Below are positions 11,225 through 23,977 of a stretch of DNA of 64,000 nucleotides, one piece after another; positions within the stretch are counted from its first letter, which is position 1, and every line of letters starts with the position of its first letter. The position numbers and the translations under genes are program-made. Source of the stretch: Takakia lepidozioides (Eukaryota; Plantae; Bryophyta); NCBI GenBank assembly GCA_030704615.1, contig CM060734.1, forward strand, positions 12,090,001-12,154,000. The letters run 5' to 3'. The notes below the pieces were generated by a model. That model made no database searches and was not told where the DNA came from. It worked only from the letters and a program-made list of their open reading frames with translations.

Positions 11225-13445
11225 ATGGGTGCAATAGCCGTTCACCCATGAGAGGAGTTTTATTTTTTCAAAATGAGCAAAATTGGATGACAGGGTGAAC
11301 GCATCCTTAGGGGTGCAAATGATGAATGATTTGAATGATTTGAATGATTTTTGATTGATCTCATATTTGCCCGACCCATTGAATGAATTTCATTTGATCT
11401 CATATTAGTCTGGGACCTGTTACATGGTATACTGAGCATACTGACAAAGTTTCAATGCAAACAATAGTCATTTGGATGCCCAACCATCCGTTGGCCCATT
11501 GAATGAATTTCCTTTCATCTCATATTTGTGAGGGACATGTGGAATGGTATGTGCAGCATACTGGCAAAGTTTGAAGGCAAACAAAAATCATTTGGATGGT
11601 CAATTGTTCAATCGCCATTGAATGAATTTCGTTTGATGTCATATCTGTCCTGGACCTTTCGGATGGTATGTGCAGTATACTGGCAAAGTTTGAAATCAAA
11701 CAAAAGTCATTTAGATGGTCAATTGTTCGATCGCCCATTGATTGATCTCATATTTGTCCGGGACCTTTCGGATGGTATGTGTAGTACATTGGCAAAGTTT
11801 GAAATTAAACAAAACTCATTTGGATGGTCAATTGTTCGATCGCCCATTGAATGAATCTCGTTTGATCTCATATTGTTCTAGGACCTTTCAGATGGTATGT
11901 GCAGTACACTAGCAAAGTTTGAAAGCAATACGCTGGTCCATTGAATGAATTTCGATTGACCTTGTATTAGTCCGAGACCTGTGAGACGGTATACTAAACA
12001 CACTGCCAAAGTTTCAAAGCAAACAAAAATCATTTGGATGGGCAACCATCCATTGGCCCATTGAACGAATTTCGTTTGATCTCATATTACTCTGAGACCT
12101 GTTACATGGTATACTGAACATACTGGAAAACTTTCAAAGCAAACAACAATCATTTGGATGGGCAACCATCTGTTGGGCCACTGAATGAATTTCGATTGAT
12201 CTCTTATTAATTCGAGAGGCAGGAAGGCAGTAGCCCTTCTGAGTCAAGTGACACCATAAGTTACGCTTGCTTCGGCAACGCGTCCACTTTTTTTCTTTTT
12301 TTAGTCCGAGATTTGTGAGACGGTGTATTGAACATACTGCCAAAGTTTCAAAGCAACAAAAATCATTTGGATAGGCAACCATCCGTTGGCCCATCGAATG
12401 AATTTCGTTTGATCTCATATTACTCTGGGACCTGTTGGACTGCGTTTTGTCTGCACATCATTTTTTTTTAATTCCATTCTTAAACCATATGTTTAACGAC
12501 TACATATGCAATGTGCGTGAAAAATCTGGGAGTGAACAAAAGTCATTTGGACCCAAAAACACATTTTCTTCCCTCATTTGTATTCCAAAGTCCATTTGTC
12601 TTCAACTTCATGCATTCTTCATAGAGAGTTTTGCAATAACGAACGATTTTTTATTTTTTATTATTTTGGTCCAAATTTTTGCAAGGATGTAGTGGTGCGA
12701 GGGTTGAATTCATAGAACAAAATTGAGTAAAAAATAAAATCATTATGTAGCAGAAACCCGCAATCATAGAATTCAAAGTCTAATTATTTATTTAAAATTC
12801 ATTAAAATTCGATTTAATTCAAAATTGGTTGAAGGGTGAGAGCATCGTTGGGGAGGGATTTTTTTTTTAATTTTTTTTTTTCTATTGAATCTCTGCACAT
12901 GTGTTGCACACATATTCAAGCACATGTGGACTAAAGTGGAGCTTGAACCACATCCGTTCAATGGGTGCAACAGCCGTTCACACATGAGAGGATTTCTTTT
13001 TCCCAATGAACAAAATTGGATGAAGGTGAACCCGTCCTTGGCCCACTAAATGAATTTCGATTGACCTAGTATCAATTTGGGACTTGTGAGACGGTATACT
13101 GAACATACTGTCAAAGTTTCAAAGCAAACAAAAATCATTTCGATGGGCAACCATCTGTTGGCCCATTGAACAAATTTCGTTTGATCTCATATTACGATGG
13201 GACCTGTTGGATGGTATATTGAACATACTGGCAAAGTTTCAAATCAAACAACAATCATTTGGATGGGCAACCATCCGTTGGGCCATTGAATGAATTTCGA
13301 CTGATCTCATATTAGTCCGGGACCTGTGAGACAATGCATTGTACATATTGCCAAAGTTTCAAAGCAAACAAAAATCATTTGGATGGGCAACCATCCATTG
13401 GTCCATCGAATGAATTTCGTTTGATCTCATATTACTTTGGGACCT
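11225..13445 (-). repeat. Inverted copy of the composite repeat family (120-bp arrays flanking the ~530-bp module)
   Basis: 12430-12950 is the reverse complement of ~6995-7530; 11350-12430 and 13040-13445 are reverse-complement 120-bp units. Confidence 0.92.
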
Positions 13446-13919
13446 AATGGACTAGCTTCCCCACCAGTGACACGCTATATGGGTACATTAATTGCCATTT
13501 ATCAAGGCATGTGCAGAGCCCGCCAAAAGATGGCGGGGCTGCAGGCGGAATGCTCCCCACTTGTGGCACGCTAGCGCGCCCGCCAAACCTCCCGCTCGCC
13601 AAGCTCTCACGTGTGGAATGCTCGTTGATGCTCGCTTGACTGCACGTGTGTTTGATTTTGCGTTGCGTGGGAGATAGCGGGCCCGGAAGGACACGTCAAG
13701 ATTCAGGGCCCTCATGAAATTTGTCGTGCCCTCAACCTAAGCGAGGGTTTTAGCGTCTCTCCAAGCCTCATCATCTTCAGGCACATCACTGCCATCTTCA
13801 TTATCATCACCTTCCTCATCTACTGGAGCGTGACGTCGCACCACGTGGCGAGGCCCCTCTTGACAGGTGCGGGGTTCCAGCCCCTGCCCCTGATTTGCTC
13901 ATAGGCAAGAATAAGAATA

Positions 13920-15810
13920 AGTAGCCATTAGTGGCGGTCATTTAATTTTTGAAAATTAAAAAAACACAGCGACCGCCACTGTTGGCAGTCGCTTCATTTT
14001 TAAAAATTAAGAATAAACAGCGATCGCCACAATTGGCAGTCGCTTTATTTTCTTTAAAAAAAATAAAATGGTGGTCGCTTCATATTTTCGTTTTAAAAAA
14101 AAATCGACCGCCAATTTCGCGGTCGCTTAATTTTTCTTTTGAAAAAAATAACGTCTGCCAATTTGTTGGTCACATTATTTTCTTAAAAAATATGAAGCAA
14201 TCGCCATATTGGCGGTCGCTTAATTTTTTTAAATAAAACAAAAAGCTACCGCCAATTTGGGGTCGCTTAATTTCTTAAAAAGAAAAATGTAACGACCGCC
14301 AAATTGGTGGTTGCTTCATTTTTTAAAATAAAAAAAACAGCGTCTGCTAGTCAGGCGGTCGCTTCATTTCAAAATCGACAGCCAATTTTCCGGTGGCTTA
14401 ATCATTTTAAAAGGAAAAGCAGTGACCGCCAATTTGGTGGTCGCTTTATTTTATTTTTTCTTTCAATTTCAAGCGATCACCAGTTTTTAAATTAAAAAAA
14501 TCAGCGACCGCCAGTTTGGCGGTTGTTTTTTTTTCTCTCTCTCTCTCTCTCTCCCTTAAAAAATACGATTAATAAATAATAAAAGCTGCGACCGCCAATT
14601 TTGCGGTTGCTTGCAGTTTTTTTTTTTTTTTTTTTTTTTCTCTTTTCCAATTTTTGGAATGGTTTTCTTAACCCTTAACTTCCTACGCGACCCGAATCGG
14701 GTCTTGACCTGTAAGAATAATTGGCTGACAACATAGTCCCCACCCACAAGTTGAAATGAATGCATTGGGAGTAAAACCCTGACCTGTAGATTTTTGCAAA
14801 AACACTGGGGTTAGGTAAGGAGAGGGGCTAGCCAGGGTTGACTACCTACGTGGCAACTTTCTATTGGTGCATGCAACAGTCAGCTCCAAAACACTTGGCC
14901 CACTTAGGCCTCAACTTTTGAAAAATTCACCATTGGATTCCTAATACAGTTTGACATTATGATGAGGATCATAGGAACTCATTCTCTCACCGTTCGGGTA
15001 GAAAATATTCTTGGATTTCTGCACACTTTCTGACAATGTTAGAAATTCCATGTTTTGGAACATATCTGAACCCCCCAAAGAACACATACAAAGGAGCATG
15101 TAGCATCCTTTGGCATTAGCATGAAATTTTGTGCATGCTTGCATATCTTGGAATAGGATATGGCCATAGGTGTGGCGGGCCCAACAAAAATCAACTGGAT
15201 AGTGCCATTTCTTGGTCAAACCTGACATTGCAGGTTTCTCAAACTCCCCCAAAAAAAAAACAACCCCTACCAAAGCACTATAATCTTAAGATTCTTGTGG
15301 TGGAATTCTTTGGAATTTGGTATATGGATGTATGTGGTAGGTAGCAACTGATTTATAAGGTTCATATTTTTTGATGTACTATGGCAAGTGGGTAGCTTGC
15401 TTATACTGTGCAAGGGTAGGAAATTTTTAAGGGCCAAAAAACTCTATCTGTAGGAAGTTAAGGGATAATATGGAGCGACCGCCATATTGGCGGTCACTTA
15501 ATTTTTGAAAATAAGAAAAAAAACGAGCGACCGCCAATTTGCGGTCAATTTAAAATAATAATAATAAAAACAAATCAACAACTGCCAATCTGGCGGTTGT
15601 TACATTTAAAAAAAATAAAAAATAGCTGCAACTGCCCATTTGGCGGTCGCTTCATTTCTTTAAAAAAGAAAAACAAACGGCGGCCGCTTAATGGACATGC
15701 GCATCTTTTTCTTAAAATTAAAAAAAAATAGTGACCGCCAATCTGGCGGTCGGTTTATTTTTTATTTAAAAACAAAATGGTAGTGACCGTTAATATTGGC
15801 GGTCGCGCAT
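13920..15810. repeat. Palindromic minisatellite GCGACCGCCAATTTGGCGGTCGC separated by A/T tracts, interrupted by a MITE
   Basis: About 20 imperfect copies at ~45-60 bp spacing in 13920-14620 and 15470-15810. Confidence 0.9.
14672..15464. mobile_element. Non-autonomous TIR element with piggyBac-like ends (CCCT... after TTAA)
   Basis: Perfect 15-bp TIRs CCCTTAACTTCCTAC / GTAGGAAGTTAAGGG; flanks are TTAA (14668-14671) and ATAA (15465-15468); no ORF. Confidence 0.8.
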
Positions 15811-16249
15811 TAATTAAATATTTATAAATAAATAAACGTTATCCACGTGTGTTTTACACCATGGCTGCCATGTCATTAGAAAAGGTAGAAGTAGATAGTA
15901 AAAGTTAAATGTAAAAAAATATACATGGGTAAACGTCCGGATTGGATGTGACGTGACGCACGTCCAGACGTCACCTGTTAGTGCCACATCACGTCAGGAA
16001 TGATACTAGGCTCTTCTCCAAAGTGTCCTCCAGCCACTCCCTTATGAATTTCTTCCAAAACCTTATTGACTTCATGTTGGTACAAACATGTCTTCAGTAC
16101 TCCATCACGTCCTCACTTATAAAGTTTTCTTCCTATCATAGTGTATAGTAAAAGCCTTGATGACTATTCTCTTTCTCTGCTCCTTCCCATAACTAGGTAG
16201 GCGCTGTCCATGGGTCAAATAGTATTTGCCACTGCCAATCTAACCAATT

Positions 16250-16700
16250 ATCAGTCTCAATCTCTACTGCAAATAGACCAGCAGCAGATAATTGATCTGC
16301 CTAAACGTGCTCCACAAGGAAGGGGCCGACTTGGGAATGTTTCTTCACAATATTTGCCCATGGAATTGCAGCCTCTAAGTCCATTCCGCCATTGGCTTCG
16401 GACTGAAGTTGAGGGCGCTATTGCTCGTCGTGAGGTGGTGCAAGACATTGCATCGTCCCTCCGATGAGCCTTTTGCATGGCCTTCAGGCATGGAGCAAGT
16501 TTTCTTATCCGAAGACAAAACAAGAGGTGGAAATTGGAAGGTGGTATGCTAAGCCAAGAGGAAAACGTATCTATCATGGTTGGGGATCTACATGGGGCGA
16601 GGAAAATGCGGAGGAGGAAGAGACTGGTCGTGATGATGCTGATGTTGGCTGAGGTTGGGTAGAGGGGGTACAAGAGGATGATGACGCCCCGGAGAATGCA
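16250..16700 (+). mobile_element. CACTA/En-Spm transposase C-terminal remnant (DUF4216-like)
   Basis: Frame from ~16463 reads DEPFAWPSGMEQVFLSEDKTRGGNWKVVC*, matching the DEPF..SQ..QVFY..D...W.VV pattern; PFRHWLRTEV lies upstream. Confidence 0.65.
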
Positions 16701-16724
16701 TCCCGGACCCTATGTGCGTTCTCT

Positions 16725-17620
16725 GAATGAATTCGGCGCCAAAATTCGGATGAAATGACCAGAATGGATCCGTGACTGTGGAGGAATTTCGGCGCCGTAA
16801 TTGCGATGAAAACAGTGCACATGAAGGACGATTCGCGTGTAGTAAATATACTTCGGCGCCGAAATACAGGTGATCAGGCCCATCACGAATATATATATAT
16901 AATCAGGTCCATCACGATGGGAAAAAAAAAAAAACCCGTCACGGATAAATTTCGGCGCCGTAATAGGGATGATCGGCCCATCCAGAGGAACCACAAAAAA
17001 TTCGGCGCCATGCACATGACGGACGATTCGCGTGCAGTGGATGTATTTCGGCGCCGAAATACAGATGATCGGGCCCATCACAATGAACGAAAATAAATAA
17101 ATATTAAAAAAAACAAAAAAAACCATCACGGATGAATTTTGGCACTGTAATAGGGATGATCGGCCCATCCCGAGGAAAAAAAAAAAAAAAAAAAACTCCG
17201 TCACGGGTGAATTGTGGCGCCATGCATATGACGGGCGATTCACGTGCAGTGGATGTATTTCGGCGCCGAAATACATATGATCGGGCCCATCACGAGGAAC
17301 GGGAAAAAAAAAAACTAAAAAAAAAAAAAAAACCAACTCCGTCACGGATGAATTGCGGCGCCATAATAGGGATGAATAGGCCCATCCCGAGCAAAGAAAA
17401 GCATTCCTGGCCTGAATGAGTTCCACCGTTGGATGAACTGCAACGTCGTAATTTAGATGAACGGGTTTATCTTGAAGACGATAAAGAGCGTTTCGGATGA
17501 TATGCGATGTGTTTTTTGGATGAATTGCGGTGCCGCAATAGGAATGAATGGTCCCAGCATGACACCGGTCGTCCCATCCACCGATGAATTACGACGCCGC
17601 AATAGGAATGGGCTGACCCA
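16725..17620. repeat. Tandem repeat, ~200-bp unit, rich in TTCGGCGCCG(A/T)AA and GATGATCGGCCCATC palindromes
   Basis: GCA(C/T)ATGA..G.CGATTC.CGTG at ~16817, 17011 and 17223; about ten GGCGCC sites. Confidence 0.9.
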
Positions 17621-18574
17621 GATGATGGATGAACAATGACACTATCATAGGGATGATAAGGGACATTGCTATTTTGATGACAAATTTTATACATGGAAAA
17701 TGACGTTTTTTCTACGAAGTTGCATTTTTGTAATGGTTGTAAAGACATGAAGTATTCATTTATATGCCGCTGCAGTCGCTATTGCGATGTCGTAACTGCG
17801 TACAGCAGTCGGTGAATATTGACCATTGGGTTTCACGTCGAGGTGTCCGTGCCTTTGTACCTGCAGATTCGGGCTAAGAAATCCAAGTTCTGTAGCATAT
17901 AATGGCGTCGTAATTGTACTATATCCTGGTTTCATTTGGAATTGGATGACTTATAGACCTGGCCCGGAGTCCTCGTAAGTCCTGATAATGAAATATGGGT
18001 ACGAGAATTGGTCGATGAGGCTGTCATCCGAAAAACTTTCCAACGAATCCTCAGACAGAGGATTAACGTCGCCCTTACTATGACTTGTTCATGATAGACC
18101 TGTTGTCTACGTAGCAGCCACTTCTAATATTGGACCCATCCAATTGGGTTCAATGTCGTTCTTTCTTCTCTGCTTACGAGCCAATTGCGGTGCCATTATT
18201 GGAATGTATGTGTTCTATGACAGGGTGACAGAGAAGGCTTTCATAGAAACGCACATGGCACATATGCTGTATAGAGTGCAAGAAGTGGGACTTGCACCTC
18301 TGAAGCACGTCAAAACAGCCATCAATCCGGAGCCCTCCTCAACACTCACAAGGGGAAAACCCATCCCCATGTCCCAAGTGAGGTTTGACACCTCACTTGG
18401 CATGTGAGACCAAATGAAGTCCCAACACACAAAATACAAATATAAATATCCAAAATGTCCTAGTTAACTAGAAGTAGGTAATTCTAGTTAACCATGACTA
18501 AAACCATGATAGTTTGTACCAAGTTCAGTCAATGGGTGATTCGTGATTCCAACGCAACTACGTGTCATAGAGAC

Positions 18575-18915
18575 TAAAATTTCCATTTCGTCTGCACACA
18601 ATTTTTTTTTAATTCCACTTTCAAGCCATATGCTTAATGACAGCATATGCAATGTACGTGAAAAAATTAGGAGTAAACAAAAGTCATCTAGACCCAAAAC
18701 CGTATTTTCTTCCCTCATTTGTACTCCAAAGTTAAGTTCTCTCCAACTTTATGCACTCTTCATAGAGAGTTCTAAAATAGTGAGCAAAGTTTTTATTTTT
18801 ATTTTTATTTTTTTGGGTCCAATCTTTTGCACAGATGTAGTGGTGCAAGGGTTGAATTCACAAAACAAATTTGAGTAAAAAAAAAATTCATTACGTACCA
18901 GAAATCCCCAATCCT
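18575..18915 (-). repeat. Isolated partial copy of the composite-repeat module
   Basis: Colinear with 12450-12765 (GCATATGCAATGTACGTGAAAAA...CATAGAGAGTT...GGGTTGAATTCA). Confidence 0.85.
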
Positions 18916-19983
18916 AGACCCCTAGGCTAGAGGGTATTGCGACGTCCCAGAAGGCTTGCGACGTCCGGGAGACGGTATGACGACGACATTGCGACGCCCT
19001 AGCAAGGCTGTGACGTCGGGGAATCACAACAGCGCCCTTTTTTGCAAAGGTCATGGCAGAGGCCAAGCTGAATGGATCCCTTGCTGCCAATTATTTAAAG
19101 TCCTCCTTCTGGCTTACAATATAACAGGGCTATCTTGCATGTGGGAGACCGTGTCAACCGGGGCGACCTTATTGTTTGAGACAAAGGGCAGGGAGAGAGG
19201 ATGGGCACTAGGATCTTTCTTTTGCATCGAGATCATGGTAACCAAATCGATTGAAGGGTTTCCAGGGGTAAGTCTTGGTCAGCATTTGGAGAACAAGAAC
19301 CATGTCTTCCAACATTCTTGCCCTTGTACAAAAATTCAATAATCCTAGAGTCATTTTTTGAGTCGCAACTTCACTAGAATCATTCCAAGATCGCCACACC
19401 TCCGAAGGATTTTTTTCATGGATCAATCATTGAAATAAGCTACATGCATGTACATGTACAATCAATCAAAGGGATGAGTACACTTTTGTGCGAGAATTAT
19501 TATATAGCTTTGATTACGTTGTCGAGCGGCTTTTACTCACCCATCCCTTCGCTATCCGAGGTGGGAACTCCAAGATAGAAGAGTTGGAAATCTCTAAGCA
19601 CTCAGCCTGCTCAGAATAATCAGTCATGACCTACAGCTAGTGTATCATGGGGGTGCTTCCTATTTGTATTCCTTCCCGCATTCATGTTAGCAAGTTACCT
19701 TACTGTCTAAAGTGAAGCTGTGGAATGAATAGATGAGGGGATGGAACCTGGTAGATTGCTGAAGCAATTTGATACTTAATTAGGTCTCTCTACACGTATC
19801 AAATATGTATCTCTGTTGGTCAGTCCCACACCCTTGTTCACGGTTCAATCATCGTATCACCATTTTGCCGTTTTCGGATCTCCGGCGGCCTGTTTTTTTG
19901 CAGAAACTACGAAGACACCATCCACACGCGTCCATTGCCGTTTTATGAGGTTTTGGACCCTGTAGTGGGCAAAGATTTATACA

Positions 19984-21780
19984 ATGTCGGGGGTTGTGAA
20001 TTCAAGTTCTGGGGCGGGGTCGTCTGGGGGTCGGAGGAAGAGAAAACGTGTCCACGAGCGGGCTAGCCAGGTCAACAAGCCAGACTACCCAGGACCGGAT
20101 GCCTTGGATAGGGTGAAAGAAGTGGTAGTGGATTATTTCAAGGCGAGGACCAATTTACGGGATGTTGTTGGCATTCAATGCTACAAAGGTTGTACGACAA
20201 CAACAAGAATGGGAGAGTCACATTAGCCCATGTAGTACTTCGGTTCATGGGCAAGCCATTCAATTGGCCTGAGCCGAAAGACGTATATAGGACAGAGTAG
20301 ACCATAGTCTCGTAGATATGAGATTTGTGGCGGTACAATGGTTCTTTTATGAAGACATAACTCAATTTTGATCGTGTATGTAATAAATAAAGTCTCATTG
20401 TAAATACTACATTGCATATGCTCGACCCTGGCACCTGTCATCGCAACATAAATGGTTTGTGTACTGGCTCACTGTTTATATTTGTAATGTTCCAAGGTTT
20501 CGGATATGGTTATGAAAAAACGATGTATTATTTCCGTATGAGTTAGACAACAAACGTCTCACATCTCATTCAACTGTGCGACACTACCATGAGAGACATG
20601 GATCGGAAAGTAATAGGTGCACATGCGACCTTTAAAACATTCGAAGTTACAAACAGTGCCACAATACACGGCCGGTTTTGTTGAAATGACATCTGTGAGG
20701 TTCGAGCGTATGCAATTTATAATTTACAACGAAACTTTATTTGCTCGGGGGACCGATACTGCTGCTGGAGCGCAACTGATGGTGCGAGTTCTCTATTGAT
20801 TAAAGCTGTCACAACCAATGTCAACAATCATATTTACGGTAAGGTGTTTCATGCTATTGTTGTTCCTCTAGCTGAATTCTGTAGTACTCTTTTTGTTATT
20901 CCCTCTGAGACTGTCATGTTCAAACGAACGTATCAGCCACCCCGGCCAACTTGCAGGCTGCAGCCACGACCCACCATAAATTGAATGAATTGGAGATTTT
21001 GTGCGAAGTTCCTGGTTCATGTCCGTGGTGGCTGTTACGGAATTCGGAATATGGCAGTCGCAGTGGACCCGATGTTATTGGCATGGGAGTAGCAAAACGA
21101 TTCATAAGGAATTCAGGTACATGAACATCGGCAGTATGAAACACCTTGCAGTACATATGATTCTTGAGATTGTTTGCACGGATTATTTGTGTTTGTGCTT
21201 TCAAGTGGCGAACATTTCTGCCATGGTGCGGAAGATGTGCATTGGCCACATTAAACGGTTGATGTGATACCATTTCACAAATGTATCACATCGCATTTGT
21301 GAAAATGTATCGCATGAACCGTTCCATGTGGCCTACGGGAGTCTTCGATGGGTACGAGATCAATGTGGCCTATGAGATGAGCTTCCACCAACAAACATGT
21401 GATCATTTCAGAAACGCTTGAAGCAACGATGGGCAAGGTTCTTCATCCAGATGATCAACATGTTGAGGTCTTCTGTAATGTCTCTTGCTTCGTAATGAGG
21501 TGCTTCTCCAACTCTTATTTTTCCAATGTTGATGTCTTCCATCTGGAACATATCCACACATGCGTATATAAAGACTTAAAAAACCAAATGACCATCAAAA
21601 CTGGAAGCTGGGGATGAGGTTTATAAAAGTGGAGATGATCATTTGCTTATTTAAGGATTTCTGCACACATGTGTGGATCTGTTCAAAGTGGAGAACATCA
21701 ACATATTGGATAAAGTGGACATGGAGAAGCACCGCATTACGAGGCAGGAGACACTACAAAAAGAGCTTCAAAAGGCATAC
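19984..21780 (+). pseudogene. Degraded multi-exon gene of unknown family containing three long inverted repeats
   Basis: ATG ORF with an NLS-like RRKRKR. The frame can be continued through scattered stops across a GTATGT..CAAG intron (20376-20496). Truncated by satellite at ~21780. Confidence 0.45.
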
Positions 21781-23187
21781 CATGTAACAGGTCCAAGTAT
21801 AATCGAAGACGAAACCCCATTCATTCAATGGGCGATTGAATGTTTGCCCATCCAAATGATTTTCGTTTGCTTTCAATCTTTGCCACTATGTTCAACATAC
21901 CATGTATCAGGTCCCGGACTAATATGAGATCAATTGAAATTCATTCAGTGGCTCAACGGATGGTTGGCCATCGAAATGATTTTGGTTCGCTTTGAGACTT
22001 GGCCACTATGTTCAATGTGCCATGTAAGAGGCCCCAGAGTAATATGAGATCAATCGAAATTCGTTCAATGGGCCAACGGATGGTTGCCCATCCAAATGAT
22101 TTTCGTTCGCTTTGAAACTCGGCCAGTGTGTTCAATGTACCCTCTGATACGTCCCATTGTAATATGAGATCAATCAAAATTCGTTCGATGGGCCAATGAG
22201 GTGTTCATTTGTCATATGGTTTTTGTTTAATGCGAAAAAGAAATCGTGCAATGCGTGCACGGCCATTGCACCCATTGAACGGATGTGGTTGAAGCCCCTC
22301 TTTTGCCCCCATGTGCTTGAACATGTGTGGGACACATGTGCAGAGACACATTAGACGAATAAATCATTTTCCTCCCCATCGACGCGCTCACCCTCAAGCC
22401 ATTCCACAATTTAATTGAATTTAAAATCATTTTAAGCCAATAAATAGGTTTGCATTGCCTTTCATTGGGGGTTTCTGGCACGTATCGATTTTGTTTTTGG
22501 CTCAATTTTATTCTGCGGCTTCAAGCATCCCACCGCTACTCCCCTGCCAAAATTTGGACCAATAAAAAACGCCCCCCAAAAAAAGTGTTCTCTTCGCTCA
22601 CTATTGCAAAACTTTTCTATGAAGAGTGCATGAAGTTGAACACAAATCAAGTTTGGAGTGCAAAACAGGGAAAAAACTGTGGTGTTGGGTCCAAATGAAT
22701 TATGTTTGCTCCCAAATTTGGCACGTACGTTGCATATGGAGTCATTACACGCCCTATTGAAAAACAGAATGAAAAAAAAATTGTGAGCACGCGAAACACA
22801 GTCCAACAGGTCCCAAAGTAATAGCAGATCCAATGGAATACATTCAACGGGTGAACGGATGGTTGCCCATCCAAATCATTTTTGTTTGCTTCCAAACTTT
22901 GCCAGTACGTTTGAGACACCTTTTCACAGGTCCCAGACTAATATGAGATCAATCGAAATTCATTCGATGGCTCAACGGATGGTTGGCCATTGAAATGAAT
23001 TTGGTTCGCTTTGAGACTTGGCCACTATGTTCAATGTGCCATGTAAGAGGCCCCAGAGTAATATGAGATCAATCAAAATTCGTTCAATGGGCCAACGGAT
23101 GGTTTCCCATCCAAATGATTTTCGTTCGCTTTGAGACTTGGCCAGTGTGTTCAATGTACCCTTTGATACGTCCCAGTGTAATACGAG
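21780..23187 (+). repeat. Diverged copy of the composite repeat family
   Basis: 120-bp units at 21780-22195 and 22800-23187 flank a module homologous to ~7930-8145 and 6995-7530. Confidence 0.9.
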
Positions 23188-23977
23188 AGGGGACCAGGGT
23201 CACTGTCCGAGGTCAAGGAATTTGATGCTGTGGCCTGGTTTTCTCTAACATCCACTAAAATTGACAGTATACCACCTCAAAACATTTCAGAGGAATCCAC
23301 CATAGAAATGGCCAGATTATAAAGGGGAATTTAGTTTATGACAAAACAAAACCTCGGGTATTCTGTGACATAGTTTTCAGTTCTTGTTTGGGAGCACATT
23401 CTTCACCAGATAACCCATCTCCCCAAACATTTGCAGAGATGTTTTGCTTGTAAACGCCCTTGTAGTGGGAGCATTCGGGGCGTTTCTGAAGATGGGCAGC
23501 CCAAACTTCACTTGCAATACTGAATCCATGGAATCGACAAATTTCAAAGGTGGGTAGGTGTCAGTGTTAGGCGGATATTTGATTCTGCCTCAAACCCCCG
23601 GCGGACTTCTAAGGAACCTTGGACTAGGCGCATACTAAACTTCTTTGGTGGCATCCTCGATTCCTTGACAAATTCGAGAGGTGGACAATCTCATCGAAAA
23701 ACTCCAAGAGCTTGAGAAAGCACCTCGGAATCTAAAGAAGGAGAGAGACAGACAACTGGGTTCTCCCTCCACTGTATTCGTTAAAAGTGAACATGATGGT
23801 AGAAAAGTGGACATGAGCATATTAGAAGGCCTATGGAGTAAATTTGGAGAGCCGCGCCAGTGGGCGGAAAATAAACCCCTAGTTGATTTTACTATATAAT
23901 ATGTTTTTGTTTTGTTTTTTTTTGTTTTTTTTTTCCTTTAGTTTTGCTTAAAAGGGGACAACAGGGTGTGTTGAAAC

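Noticed and set aside
19984-21780. Stop codons as sites of programmed RNA editing or readthrough
   Set aside because: Stop density is not clearly below random in parts, and C-to-T decay of methylated DNA explains them more simply.
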